A stretch of 63,109 bases of DNA, counting the filler, from Octopus bimaculoides (lineage: Eukaryota), in NCBI RefSeq assembly GCF_001194135.2. It is 5 parts of 4 records of this genome, joined end to end, with 100 filler letters (N's around TTAATTAATTAA, not from the genome) between each part and the next. Parts side by side here need not be neighbours in the genome. Positions count along the whole stretch, not along the records: positions 20,507 to 43,249 come from NC_068996.1; positions 43,350 to 57,009 come from NC_068996.1; 3 more parts are not named here. One strand, given 5' to 3'. Each line of letters begins with the position of its first letter. Position 1 is the first letter of the stretch. A program made the position numbers and the translations under genes. Of this stretch, positions 36,749 to 50,402 are shown in pieces. The notes under the pieces are model-generated. The model did not search any database. It was not told where the DNA came from and worked only from the letters and a program-made list of their open reading frames with translations.

Positions 36749-38724
36749 TAGACGTGTGGTGCAAGTAAGACAGCCCACTTGTCCAAAATGGCGCACAGTA
36801 GAACTGAACCCGAAACCATGCGATTCCGAAGCTAACTTCTCAACTGTAAACCCATAATTTATTGTTCCATTTGTGGTGGGATCAACAAAAAGTTATTCAA
36901 TCCAGTGAGAGATAAATACCCTTTAATATACACAGTATTTAAATTCAAGAAACTGCTAGCTTCATGCTGTGAGAACACAATAAACCGGCAGCAAAGGGAG
37001 GGAAATCAAAGTCTTTGAGGCTGCATGCTTAATCCAGAGAGGATGGTGCCCTCTAGTTCAACTAGAAATTTGTCCATATGTTTGCCGAATAGCAAACTTA
37101 ATTCGTTATCCGATTTATAGTACCCACCTGTTGTATTGTGTGCCTTAAACGAAGTCTGCTCCGTTGCAGGTATTTGGACCGTGAGTCCAGTATGGGGATA
37201 GCTGTTTCTCTTTTTTTCGAAAAAAAATCAAATGGCACTGCTCTTCTTTGACTTAGCTATTAAATTAACGTGTGTTTTTTTTAAACTTAAGGGGGAAAAT
37301 GGGCCTAGAAATTGATAATACATTTGGATGGTAATACCATTTCATGGCCAACAGGTGAATTTAGCTTAGTTTACTCAATTGTGTGTATTTGAACTATGCT
37401 CTTGGCAGGTGTTAAATTAATCTCCAAACACGCTAACATCTGCAACTCTTTCTTAAAATTCTCAGCAGAAAAATAATCCCAAAAGGTGTTGGGCAATTCA
37501 ACCTCCAGTGTCAAATATTTGTGAACTCAGTCCAGTCTAGATTCTTACACAGCAGAACTTTCAGACAAGTAAACCACATGATTTCAATCACCTACGGAAA
37601 TAAATATCAATAATAAAGTAGACAATGTAGTAATAAACTGTGGGTAAACTCATCTATGGCGTAGCCTGTATGGGTCATTCTACTTTTAAAAATAATAGCC
37701 ATATTTTCCTCAAATCACACCGTCCTATCTGAAAACAATGGCAGCAACACGTCGTATAATGTAATTCTAATCGGAATAAAATACGGAATACTCGCAGTTG
37801 AAATGATCTGCTCATAGCTCTGCACTATTCGAGTAGGATTGACCTGGGTTTAAACTGTATCAACTACAATAGTTCTACAGGAATGCAAACTGTTTAATAA
37901 GAATAAAATCAAAACAGGGTATTTTCTACCCGTATTTGCGAAACGTCGTCTTCTTAACAGATGCAGAAGGCTTTACCACGAACAAGAATCAGAAGAAAGG
38001 TCAGTCCTTTGGATATCATTGCTAAATTGGACAGGGTTCTATCAGCTAATTTTTGAGAATAGCATTCAATCTTCTGTTGTATATAAGGACTATTCAGATT
38101 ATTTCTAGCTTGTATATACCAACCATAACTCTAACTGTAGTTCTGTTACATTCCATATCTAACTCAGTTACAAATCTCTCGCGTACTCTCAAGGGAGAAG
38201 CTAACCAACATGATCAATGGTTTAATGCTTAACAGCTTTGCTCACTATATTATAATATATTCATTGATAAATTTCAAATATCGAATTTTTCGTTTAATTT
38301 CTAGCTAAACTTTAAATACTATTTTCCATAATCCTCAGACTTCAAATGAAAAGATGTTTTTCAAAACAATTTTAATGATTCCCTATCAGCGACTGTGTAG
38401 GTGTAATAAAATGTGTTATTTTTAGTTCAAACTTATTTTCAATAATATTTTTTTAAGGAAACCTATAAAAGATTTTTTTTTTAATTGGTAATTTCCGTAA
38501 GACAAGAATTATTCATTTCATCGAATATCGTTATAATGTTGTTTTTAAAAAATCAACTTAAATAGCGCAAAAGAAAGGATGTGCCACCTGGGAATAAGGG
38601 ATTCATATTATGATCTTATAAAAGGAGCCAACTACATAAATATCTGGTAACAATCCAAATAAGGTCCTGAGTGGAGCTCGGAACATAATGAAATCTATTT
38701 CTCTAATCAACTCAAAGTAATGCG

Positions 38725-38935
38725 GTGAACTGGCAGAATTGTTACCACACTCGTCAAAGTACTTAGCAGCATTTCTTTTCTCTTTTTTTTTTCTGGCTTA
38801 ATGTTCTGAGATCAGATACCGCCGAGCATTCTTGATTGATAAAATAAGTACCAATTGTGCAATGGGGTCGATGAAATCAACTAGCCCCTTCCCCTAAAAT
38901 TTACGACCTTATGCCTTTCGAAGAAAGGATTAGAG
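38725..38935 (+). mobile_element. SINE family B (diverged)
   Basis: gcggtgaactggcagaattgttacc…gcaatggggtcgatgaaatcaact…ccctaaaatt. Confidence 0.6.
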
Positions 38936-39374
38936 GCTCATGGTATTGTATTTGTGAGAAGGATGAAGTCGATTATATTGACCCTAATACTTACTGCTTC
39001 TCTTTTATTGATTCCAAGAGAATGAAAGCCAAAGCTGGTCATATCCAGATTCGAACTCACTACATGAATAGATGTAACTATATGCAGTAAAAGTATTTTC
39101 TCTGTCGTTCTCTTGATTCTGAAAATCAGGCGTTCGTTGGAAATTAAAGAAGGGCTTAGTGAATAAAGTTGAAACGGAAAATTCACGCTAAAATATTCTA
39201 CGATATTTTATCTCAGGTGTATATTTTATCGGAAGTTTCGACAGTCAAATTTTTTGATAAGAAATAATTTAAATCTGTTTTTGCTTATATTTTTATGCTA
39301 TGCTATGTAATTAATAAAATCATCGAAATACTTAAGCAAGGACTACTTCCGATGTATTCACACGATAACAGCGA

Positions 39375-39810
39375 AAAACGAGTTTTTATTCATGGAAGAT
39401 GGAGCTCCATGCCACACAGCGAAAAGGAATCAACAATGGCTGAATGAAAATGGAATAAAAAAAAAGCTTCCTTGGCCGAGCCAATCTCCTGACAGGAACC
39501 CAATTGAAAATCTTTGGAGCATACGAGATAGAGCTATACGAAAAACTCAACAGAAACTTAAATCTAAAGGGGAATTGTTTCGATTGTTCCGTGAAAAGTG
39601 GGCAGAAATCCCACAAGAGACAATCACAAAGCTCATCAGTTCAATGCAAAAAATAGTTTCTAAATTAAAAACTGCAAAGGGAATGTCAACTAAATACTAA
39701 AGTATGTAGTCCTACCTATCGATTACATTTCAATTGTTCGCTTTGCATATTAAATAAAAAATTTTGATAATTAAAGGTGTCTATTTACTTCCTGCATGTC
39801 TGTGTGTATA
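39375..39810 (+). mobile_element. Tc1 (DD34E) transposase C-terminal fragment with right end
   Basis: FMEDGAPCHTAK…WPSQSPDRNPIENLW…KWAEIPQETITKLISSM…AKGMSTKY*, followed by a TIR-like end. Confidence 0.85.
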
Positions 39811-39812
39811 TA

Positions 39813-39843
<31 letters not shown>

Positions 39844-39850
39844 ATGTATG

Positions 39851-39881
<31 letters not shown>

Positions 39882-40224
39882 TTATGTGTGTAGCGGAATG
39901 TTAGCACTAAGCAGTGCTATATATATATAGCACTGCTCTCTCTCTCTCTCTNNNNNNNNNNNNNNNNNNNNNNNNNNNNNNNNNNNNNNNNNNNNNNNNN
40001 NNNNNNNNNNNNNNNNNNNNNNNNNNNNNNNNNNNNNNNNNNNNNNNNNNNNNNNNNNNNNNNNNNNNNNNNNNNNNNNNNNNNNNNNNNNNNNNNNNNN
40101 NNNTATATATATGCAAAGACACGTAGCGTATTATATGTACTGATATGTATATGTGTGCGTGCGTGCGTGAGTGCGTGGGTGTACTCGACAAAAAGAGTAC
40201 AAGACACAATATTGCATTAATCAG

Positions 40225-40720
40225 AACTTTGCTTATCAACCAGCCTTATATGTTGCATCATATGCATACTTTGCGCTGTTCTTTACATTGGGGAAACAGG
40301 CCGACGCCTTGCAGATTACTTTTGGGAACATATTCGAAGCGTCCTTCTACGTACGCCTGGCCGACCTGTCACCACTCATTTCAACAATACAGGCCATTCC
40401 ATCTCACACTTATCAGTGTGTGGCGTCTCTGCACACCATGGATCCACATTCTCAAGGAATAGTGCCCTGTCACCGACAGGTTTAAATGGACGTTTTTTCT
40501 GGGGGGGGGGGGTATATTCCCACACCTTTTTCTTAGTTCATTGAACTCATACAACTTTTTCTTATCCTTCAACTACCCTCTCACCTCAACTTTTCTCTTT
40601 ACCTCAAGCTTGACTTCGCCCGCTCCTCTTCCTCCTTATTTCTATGAAGAAGGCCCTTGTCCAAAACAATGGACTTTCCTACACACCCGCAAATTCTCTA
40701 CTATTTTTGCCGATTTTATT
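40225..40720 (+). mobile_element. Penelope-like element GIY-YIG endonuclease and 3' UTR relic
   Basis: CLSTSLICCIICILCAVLYIGETGRRLADYFWEHIRSV…PVTTHFNNTGHS (a frame not shown in the ORF track). Confidence 0.85.
40641..40674 (+). ncRNA. Heavily decayed hammerhead relic in the PLE 3' UTR
   Basis: atgaaga-aggcccttgtcc-aaaacaatgg; consistent with CpG decay of ctgaaga…ccgaaacgttgg; lies just downstream of a GIY-YIG ORF. Confidence 0.35.
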
Positions 40721-41126
40721 CATATGTACAAATACATATATACATATATACATATATACATATATACATATACGTAATTATATATGCGTGTGTGGAGGGG
40801 TGTTAGTATGTAACCCTGCTGTGTTATTGATATGTGTATGTATATATGGATGTATACATATTTCTAATATGCATATATATATATATATATATATGTGTGT
40901 ATGTTTATAAGTATGTGTGTATGTATGTATGTATCAGTCAACAATAGTAGACAAATCATCGCCCATTAATGTCCCACAGCCTTATGTATTTATATATTTA
41001 TGTAAAAAATAGCGACTGAGCTACTACAGAATCTTGCTTTGATCGACATAACAGCCGAATCTCTTTTATTCCTCATCCTATTCGTTTATCTAAGTACGTG
41101 CGTACATATTTATGAGCTACCGAAGA

Positions 41127-41165
<39 letters not shown>

Positions 41166-41201
41166 CGTATATGTGTGTATTTACATGTTTATAAATATAT
41201 A

Positions 41202-41236
<35 letters not shown>

Positions 41237-43349
41237 TATACTAAAATTACATATAGCATTCTAATACCCCCTAAAATTGTTGCCAATTAGGCAGCTTCTA
41301 TTTTGTATTCCAAAACGTTAGAAATAGCAACCAAATTTCTCTCGAATCACACTACGCGATATGTATGTTTGTGTACACGCATACGCCAACAAGCGAGCCT
41401 TTGATTGTGTTAACTAGACGATGATTTCTTCATTAACTCACATTGATCCTTCAGGTATTACTTTGATACATATATAACTGGACTTTGTTGGCAATCTCTA
41501 CTAGTTTTGAATAAGAATTTATATTTGTCTATCTTGTGACAAGAGATCATGAATCTGAACTCACAAACTTCATATAAACAGATTTATTTCATTCTGGTCA
41601 ACGAATTCACATTATCATTTACTTATCAACTTTTTTTTGTTTATATATCTTGGTATTTCCTGATGGTATTTCCCTTGTTAAGGAACTGGATCTTAAAGTG
41701 CAGAGTAACTATTTTCAGCCAAGCTTATTGAATCAGCGTGAATCATATATCCTAACCGTTGACATAGGCATCCGTAAACGGAATAGGAACCGCTGATTCT
41801 TCGGCTAGCAGTGTTTCACTTGTCAACTTTGTCAATGACAAACTTCATCTGGGTAAATTAATATAATAATAATTTCCTGTTCTTTTACTATTTTGGTATA
41901 AAATAGGTGAGTAAAATGTCTAAAATAGAAAAGGGAAAGATCTATAATTATCGCAGCTGTCCATTAACATCAATATCAACACTGAAACGTGCATCAATGT
42001 GACTAGCGTTCGAGAATTAATGAGACAATTTGAACAAGTCCTACAGGTGTAAGCGTCTACGAGATGATTTTTATGAGAATCGGAAACTCTTTCTACCGAG
42101 TTCTCTTTAAAATTATTGATTTGATAGTTTCGGAAGCAGTAACAGTTTCTTGAGGAATGACAAAATTAGTACATTTTATTAAGATTGAGCTTCCCAGTTC
42201 CTGTGATAAACTAACCAACAATTCGATTATTTGTCCAAGTTCCTATTTTTTTTTTCTTTAAAAGTCGGAATTTTAAGGCATTTAAAATGAAACAATTTAT
42301 TGAGGTTTGATGCTATTTTGTGATATTGAATTCAGCAAGCAATGAAATCGATTCTTGTCTTACCAAAGCTGTATTCATTGGCATTTTTTGATCAATACAG
42401 AAATGCCTTTAGATTTTTATCATAACCATCAATAAGGTAACCTCATACAATAACGCTTCCTAAATGCAAGTATGTATAATTAAGACTGTGAAGGTCTTCT
42501 GTCGGTCAAGGCTGACCATACATCTACACAGGTATATACAGGCCTGAGGAAAATTATTTTGAGGAAGACTGGGAGCTGGTCATGCATGGAAATCTCCCGC
42601 TCTCACGCCACCAATGTTTATCCAATGGAAAGGTTGATGACTTGAGTTGAGACAGCATCGTCATAAGAGTTGCTTTCAGAATACAAAGAGCTAGATCAAT
42701 TTAACGAAAGGATCTTGCCTAAAAATTCCACTAGTTCACCCAATTCACCGATCTGAAATGATAGTTTTTATCTATCACAAACAGAATAGAAGGCAAAGTT
42801 TAAACTCAATGAGAGTTTAAGCTTAGAGAGCAGTGAGTCGGAACAAATACTGTGGTGTATTCTATCCGACGATCTAACGACTCTACCAATTCATCGCCTT
42901 AATCAAGCTCTCGACAATGAGTTACACCGTTCTTTAAACTTTCTTTGGTTAAATGGTTTACTTTTTATTTCACAAATTTTCAATCGTCCACAGAAAATTT
43001 TCAAGTACATGTTTTTGCTTTTTTTGTTTGTTTGTTGTTTTGTTTTTTTGTCATATTAGTGGTTTTTGGTTTAAAAAATTGTGAAGGGTGTTACCGGATG
43101 AGTCTTCAGGTAAGAAAAGTTTGCAACACTAGAGAAGCATTAGGTTCGTAAAACTTAAACGCCTCTGAGCAATACTGAATCATGAAACTCTGTCTAAGTG
43201 TAACGTGAAGCTCTAAGTATAACTTTGAGCAGAGACTGTATAACTTTGANNNNNNNNNNNNNNNNNNNNNNNNNNNNNNNNNNNNNNNNNNNNTTAATTA
43301 ATTAANNNNNNNNNNNNNNNNNNNNNNNNNNNNNNNNNNNNNNNNNNNN

Positions 43350-43424
<75 letters not shown>

Positions 43425-43910
43425 TATTATATGTATATATTCTCAAGTACGCACATATAGGAAATGTTGGTTAGTAAATTTACACATATATTTGATATCT
43501 TCCCTGATATCTTTCCATGTTTCATCTTTGAACAATATATTTACTATTTTGAACTTCTGTCGCTATTAGCAAATTTTATTTAGCCTGCCGACTAATTTCG
43601 ACATCAATAATTTATAAGTCAGTTTCACTATATCAGTAGAGGCCGATTTTCTCTTAGATTGATGTGTCAGTAAATGCTTACAACTGACGATGTTGAAAGA
43701 AGCAGGTATACATATTCAGCAATTTTACCGCCGCCAATGACCGATTTTTATCTGTTGCTGATATATATGTTTTCTCGAGACGAATATGATAGTTTATCAT
43801 TCAGCGATATATCTATTTTATGAATGATACACAAATTGCTATTTTTATCTAATAAAGCTTCTGTCATTATTAACACTGTGTGTGTGTGTTTGTGTACACA
43901 TGTATACAGT

Positions 43911-44329
43911 TTCTTATTTCTTTATTGCCCACAAGGGGTTAAACATAGAGGGTACAAACAAGGAGAGACAAACGGATTAAGTTGATTACACCGACCCCAG
44001 TGCGTAACTGGTACTTAATTTATCGACCCCGAAAGGATGAAAGGCAAAGTCGACCTCGGCGGAATTTGAACTCAGAACGCAACGGCAGACGAAATACCGC
44101 TAAGCATTTTGCCCGCCGTGCTAACGTTTCTTATTTCTTTACTGCACAAGGGGCTACACACAGAGGGGAAAAACAAGGACAGACAAACGGATTAAGTCAA
44201 TTCTATCGACCCCCAAAGGGATGAAAGGCAAAGTCGACCTCGGCGGAATTTGAACTCAGAACGCAACGACAGACGAAATACCGCTAAGCATTTCGCCCGG
44301 CGTGCTAACGTTTCTGCCAGCTCGCTGCC
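43911..44329 (-). mobile_element. Head-to-tail dimer of SINE family B
   Basis: aggcaaagtcgacctcggcggaatttgaactcagaacgcaacg occurs twice ~186 bp apart, near-identical. Confidence 0.9.
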
Positions 44330-44841
44330 TTATATGTATACAGNNNNNNNNNNNNNNNNNNNNNNNNNNNNNNNNNNNNNNNNNNNNNNNNNNNNNNNNN
44401 NNNNNNNNNNNNNNNNNNNNNNNNNNNNNNNNNNNNNNNNNNNNNNNNNNNNNNNNNNNNNNNNNNNNNNNNNNNNNNNNNNNNNNNNNNNNNNNNNNNN
44501 NNNNNNNNNNNNNNNNNNNNNNNNNNNNNNNNNNNNNNNNNNNNNNNNNNNNNNNNNNNNNNNNNNNNNNNNNNNNNNNNNNNNNNNNNNNNNNNNNNNN
44601 NNNNNNNNNNNNNNNNNNNNNNNNNNNNNNNNNNNNNNNNNNNNNNNNNNNNNNNNNNNNNNNNNNNNNNNNNNNNNNNNNNNNNNNNNNNNNNNNNNNN
44701 NNNNNNNNNNNNNNNNNNNNNNNNNNNNNNNNNNNNNNNNNNNNNNNNNNNNNNNNNNNNNNNNNNNNNNNNNNNNNNNNNNNNNNNNNNNNNNNNNNNN
44801 NNNNNNNNNNNNNNNNNNNNNNNNNNNNNNNNNNNNNNNNN

Positions 44842-45620
44842 NGCCGGAGGAAATTCGATGCAACTTCTATTTACTTAGGAGAAACCAATTCGTGTCTGTA
44901 AAGACACGGGAAATCCGTTTGATCCATGCCGAAAGGTTACTTAAAACCCTTCACGAACATGGCATGCTTTGGCTCTTCGCTGATGAGAAAAACTTCGATT
45001 AGAAAAATTTGATGAGAAAAACAAGAGCAAAAGTCTAACAGGAGAAATGACAGAAGGTTATGTGGAAATTCTTCTGATGTCCCCAGAGAGATGCCTACTA
45101 AGTTTTCAGCAATTGTGGTTTTTAGGAGTGGTGCCGTCTCACATCTTTCTTCGTGGTCTTAGAACTAATGCTGCTAGATACTTTGAGGTGCTGGTGACAG
45201 TTGATAAGCCTTCGATGTATGAAGTACACAGTGGAAGGCCATATGTGTTTTAACAAGACTCAGCACCTTCGCACAAAATCTTGTAACTCTAAAATGGGTA
45301 TCAGACAATGTTTACGGTTATACGACACCTAACTTGCGGCCTTTAAAATCAGCTGATTTAAATCCGATGGATTAATACGATTGGAACTTTATTGAAAAGG
45401 AGATTAATCAGCATCATCACAATACCATAAGTTCGCTGAAGGCTACCATAGTGTAGGTGACGCCCTAAATGAATAAGAAGCATTTAGTGCACACATATCA
45501 GTGATTCAGTCTCACACTGGAGCAGTCGTCGAAGCTGAAGACGGATTCTTAAACTAATTATATAAGGAAGCTTATCGAGAATATGTGCACAAATTTTTAT
45601 TAAAACTATATATTTTAACT
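44842..45620 (+). mobile_element. Tc1/mariner (maT/DD37D-like) transposase pseudogene, 3' part
   Basis: MLWLFADEKNFD, GRPYVF*QDSAP, SADLNPMD…WN; related to 3405-4210. Confidence 0.8.
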
Positions 45621-45974
45621 TTGCTGAGTTAGAGATGTTTTAATATACTGTGTCCTCAAATACCACTCACATACTGTATACATACATACATACAGACATA
45701 CATACATACATACATACATACATCCATACATACATACATACATACACATACATATACATATATATGTTTGTATATACATATGCATGTATATTATGTATAT
45801 GTATAAATACGTAAGCGTATATAAATGTGTGCGTGTATATTTGTATATATGTATGCATATATGTATACACACACACATATAGACACACGAATGAGTGAAA
45901 GTAAGTGGAATTCAACATATTTTGTAGGAGTTACATGAAATATTTAATAACAATTATTTAATAACCGACACAAA

Positions 45975-47200
45975 TTGTTATTAAATAATAGAGAGGAGCG
46001 ATGTGCTACGATGATTATCACAACAGTACTTGTTGTCCTTTCGTTTGTATAGATGTACTATGGAAGCGTCTTTGTATGACACCTTGGCTACATATTTTCT
46101 GGGAAAGTTCGGGGAGTTTTTTTTAATCATATGAGTTCTGCAATACTTGTAGACCTTACCTAGTACGCCGTCTAAGTTTGGTGACTTCCCGGAACACAGC
46201 TGCCTTATAGTTTTTGTCACTTCTGACCGGAACAGTTCCAAGTCAAGCTGATCCAAGAAAGCTTGTTGTGAGAGTGAATCAATGACGTCATTGTTTACTG
46301 TTGATACTTGGTTTAGGACAGTGTTGAAGAGCTACGCCCAACGAGAGAGATTGTAATTCTTGATTATAAGAAACTGAATGTCATTCGATGTGAGAAGCAT
46401 TGCAGTACTATGGACGTGGAACCATAGACTGCCTTGAGCATCTCATAAAAGGTCTTCATATCATGTTTGTCAGCAGTTACTTGTTGTTCAGATACCCACC
46501 ATAGGTTCTTCATGGCTCTCAGTGACGTCTGCAGGCCTGATAGTACCTGAGATATACTCACTATGGGCAAAGTGCGTTTTGTCTATAAATTTTGCAATGC
46601 CATGATTATTCTCACCGAATCAATCCTGATATTTGCGCTTGACAAGGTCATGAACCTCAGACGCTGTCTAATATGTAAGTTGCTTTAAGTTTTTCCAGGA
46701 TTGTTCAATATCCCAGAATTTTGTCTAGGATCTGTCTTAGTTCGGTGCACTTTTCCTATATCTTGAGTGCAGATACGTCGAGTTTCTTTATATGTTTGGT
46801 TCAGTGTCTAAGTTGTTTAGTTGTCGACTTTAAAAGCACGATGCTCCTGACCAGTCAGTAATCTGATCAGCAATCTGCACCTCCAAGTGATGTAGTCATG
46901 TGAGCATTCCTTCGGTCCACCTGTTGTAGAACCACATAGTATATCTTTTGGTCTGGGGTACATCCAGATTGGCTTGTTGGGAGACTATGATAGTAACAGT
47001 TCATCTGAACTCGCTGCATCTTGTCAGATAACAATTAGAAGTCTCCTTTTCAATGACATGCTTCCCTAGTATTCCCTTCTATGTTGAGTCATTCTTACCA
47101 ACTCAGGAATTAAAGTCTCTCGGGAGTATTAACTCCCAAGAGACTTTGTATGGTACTCCTTTAATTACTCAACTGAGATTATCATAGATGGATTTTTGAA
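45975..47200 (-). mobile_element. RTE LINE fragment (APE end, linker, RT start)
   Basis: WMYPRPK, KYQD*FGENNHGI, FYEMLKAVYG, GKSPNLDGV…DASIVHLYKRKDNKYCCDNHRSTSLLSI. Confidence 0.8.
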
Positions 47201-47339
47201 TTCCTCCGTGTGGGTTATGGTTAGGGTACAGACGCTTATGATGGTGACATATTGGTTAGTTTCTAATTCTAATCGAAACGTCTAGAAATGGTCATTGATT
47301 CTTTACGGCAATGATTTAAGACTATTAGCCTGCTAAGGT

Positions 47340-47935
47340 CATGTAGCAAAGTCTACTCCAGCTTATCCAAACTGAAGAGAGATCAAGACATCTGCCTGGC
47401 CACAAAGATCAAAGTGGACCAGGCAATAGTGGTTACCTTTTTGTTATATGGCTGTGAAATATGGATACTCAACAAGCGCCAGATTAAATGGCTAGACTCA
47501 TTCCATTTTCACTGCCTTTGTTCATGGAAGATACTCACTTTCCTAAAGCCCTCTTCTCTAGTAATCTTAGCTCTGTTGCCAGACACAAAGCCTGACCATT
47601 GCTTGGTTATGGGGACACTGTAAAGACCTGCTTGAAAACCTGCAGGATAAACCTGGAAACGTAATAATCAGAAGCCCAATAGAAAGCTCTTGCTGCCAAG
47701 CTATCTCTAATTTTGAGGAAGCCAAGATCAATAACGCGAAGGTAAAAAGAGTCCAGCGTAAGAACAGGTCCAATCTACCCTCAAATAAAGAAAACCATTG
47801 ATGTAAAGTCTGCAAATCCTGGATAGGTCTAAATCACTCCATGAGACGGCATAGCAAAACATCGAACAAAGAATAGTGAGTAGCTGTGTCTTGTTGGATC
47901 CACATTCGTTGAAGCAATGAGAGTCCAGCATCATG
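47340..47935 (+). mobile_element. RTE LINE 3' fragment
   Basis: TKIKVDQAIVVTFLLYGCEIW…LDSFHFHCL; terminal CKVCKSWIGLNHS finger. Confidence 0.75.
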
Positions 47936-48794
47936 TATAGAAATGTAATATAATATAATATAATATAATAAAATATAATATAATACATACATATTATATA
48001 TAGAAACTCATATATTCACACATATGTAAATGTATATATAAATATGTTTGTATATATGTGTGTGTATAACATATATGTGTGCAGTACACATGCTATATAT
48101 ATNNNNNNNNNNNNNNNNNNNNNNNNNNNNNNNNNNNNNNNNNNNNNNNNNNNNNNNNNNNNNNNNNNNNNNNNNNNNNNNNNNNNNNNNNNNNNNNNNN
48201 NNNNNNNNNNNNNNNNNNNNNNNNNNNNNNNNNNNNNNNNNNNNNNNNNNNNNNNNNNNNNNNNNNNNNNNNNNNNNNNNNNNNNNNNNNNNNNNNNNNN
48301 NNNNNNNNNNNNNNNNNNNNNNNNNNNNNNNNNNNNNNNNNNNNNNNNNNNNNNNNNNNNNNNNNNNNNNNNNNNNNNNNNNNNNNNNNNNNNNNNNNNN
48401 NNNNNNNNNNNNNNNNNNNNNNNNNNNNNNNNNNNNNNNNNNNNNNNNNNNNNNNNNNNNNNNNNNNNNNNNNNNNNNNNNNNNNNNNNNNNNNNNNNNN
48501 NNNNNNNNNNNNNNNNNNNNNNNNNNNNNNNNNNNNNNNNNNNNNNNNNNNNNNNNNNNNNNNNNNNNNNNNNNNNNNNNNNNNNNNNNNNNNNNNNNNN
48601 NNNNNNNNNNNNNNNNNNNNNNNNNNNNNNNNNNNNNNNNNNNNNNNNNNNNNNNNNNNNNNNNNNNNNNNNNNNNNNNNNNNNNNNNNNNNNNNNNNNN
48701 NNNNNNNNNNNNNNNNNNNNNNNNNNNNNNNNNNNNNNNNNNNNNNNNNNNNNNNNNNNNNNNNNNNNNNNNNNNNNNNNNNNNNNNNNNNNNN

Positions 48795-48831
<37 letters not shown>

Positions 48832-49276
48832 ATATATATATATATAAACATACATATATATATAAATATATATATATATATAATCATACATACGTACATA
48901 TATGCCGTATAGTTTCATCTTTCTTGTATGTATATATATACATATATGTAAGTATGCATATGTATATAAATATGTATGTATGCTTATATATGTATATATG
49001 AATACATACATACGTATATTCGTTTGGATGTATATGTTTATATATATATATATATAAGTGAATGCAAACTATACACATACACACATTCACACACACACAC
49101 ATACTCACACACACTCACATTAACGCACACACATGCATGAAGACCAAAGTCTACCGAACTGCTAACGTTACAAGTAATTTTCTTCTTTCCGTACTTACCC
49201 TCTGTCTTATTTCTTTTACGTTTTGTCCCTAACCCCTTCCTGTCTTATACATACATACATATAAATATATATATAC

Positions 49277-49347
<71 letters not shown>

Positions 49348-50346
49348 AACATGCATACATATATATATCTACATACATACATTATATATATATATATATA
49401 TATATGCGTTCCTATAATTTCTCTTCTGCCACACTATACCAGTGCAAACAACATCACACCACCACGCCTATGTCCTTCCTCTGAGCCTCTTCTGACAGGC
49501 AAACTGGCCTTCAACTATGATGACCTGTTCTGTTTTATTGCTCTATGTGTGTGAGCGTCTCTCTCTCCTCCCCCCCTCTCTCCTCCCCCCTCTCTCTCTC
49601 TTACCCCCTATATGTGTGTGTGTGTATGTGCGTGTAAGTGTATTTGTATGTATTCATGCATACATATACAGAGCTGTGTGCGTATATATGTATGTATATA
49701 TATGGGTGTACGTATGTATGTATTTATGTATTTGTATGTATGTATGTACTCACACCTATACATACACATTTAACCATGTATGTTTTTGTATTTGTGTCTA
49801 TATATATATATATATATTTGTACATGGTAGTTCTTGTGTGTGTATATAAGGCGTCGAAATTGTGATGATTTTTGGTCGATAACTCATATATCCACGTTCC
49901 CTGAGTTTATTCCTTTTCCGTATAATCTTCCGCCATCTTTACACACAGACATACACACACAAGCACACATACATACATACATACATACATACATACATAC
50001 ATACATACATACATACATACATACATGCATATATATATATATATATATATANNNNNNNNNNNNNNNNNNNNNNNNNNNNNNNNNNNNNNNNNNNNNNNNN
50101 NNNNNNNNNNNNNNNATATACATATAAAGTATAGGGGTTTAGTTCACAGGTGATCTAAACGATTAGGTACGCTAGGTAAGGGCTGTAACGGATTACTGGG
50201 GCTCCAAGATTATAGCCGAGACGGCAGTTATGGAGCCATTGCAGATTTCCGATGCAGCGTATATATAATTGTTAAACAGGACGTTAAACATTACGGCAAG
50301 GCAAACATCAAGTCATATACGATATTATTACAGGAAGAAATTCAAA

Positions 50347-50402
50347 ATCTTACAGCTGTTTCTGGAATATCCTTGAGTATAGGATATTCCATCATCAGAG
50401 AC
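50347..50402 (-). ncRNA. Type-I hammerhead ribozyme with canonical core
   Basis: Minus strand gTCT-CTGATGA-TGGAATATCC tatactcaa GGATATTCCA-GAAAC AGCT GT A-AGAt; perfect 10-bp stem II, palindromic stem III ACAGCTGT, GUA cleavage triplet. Confidence 0.85.
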
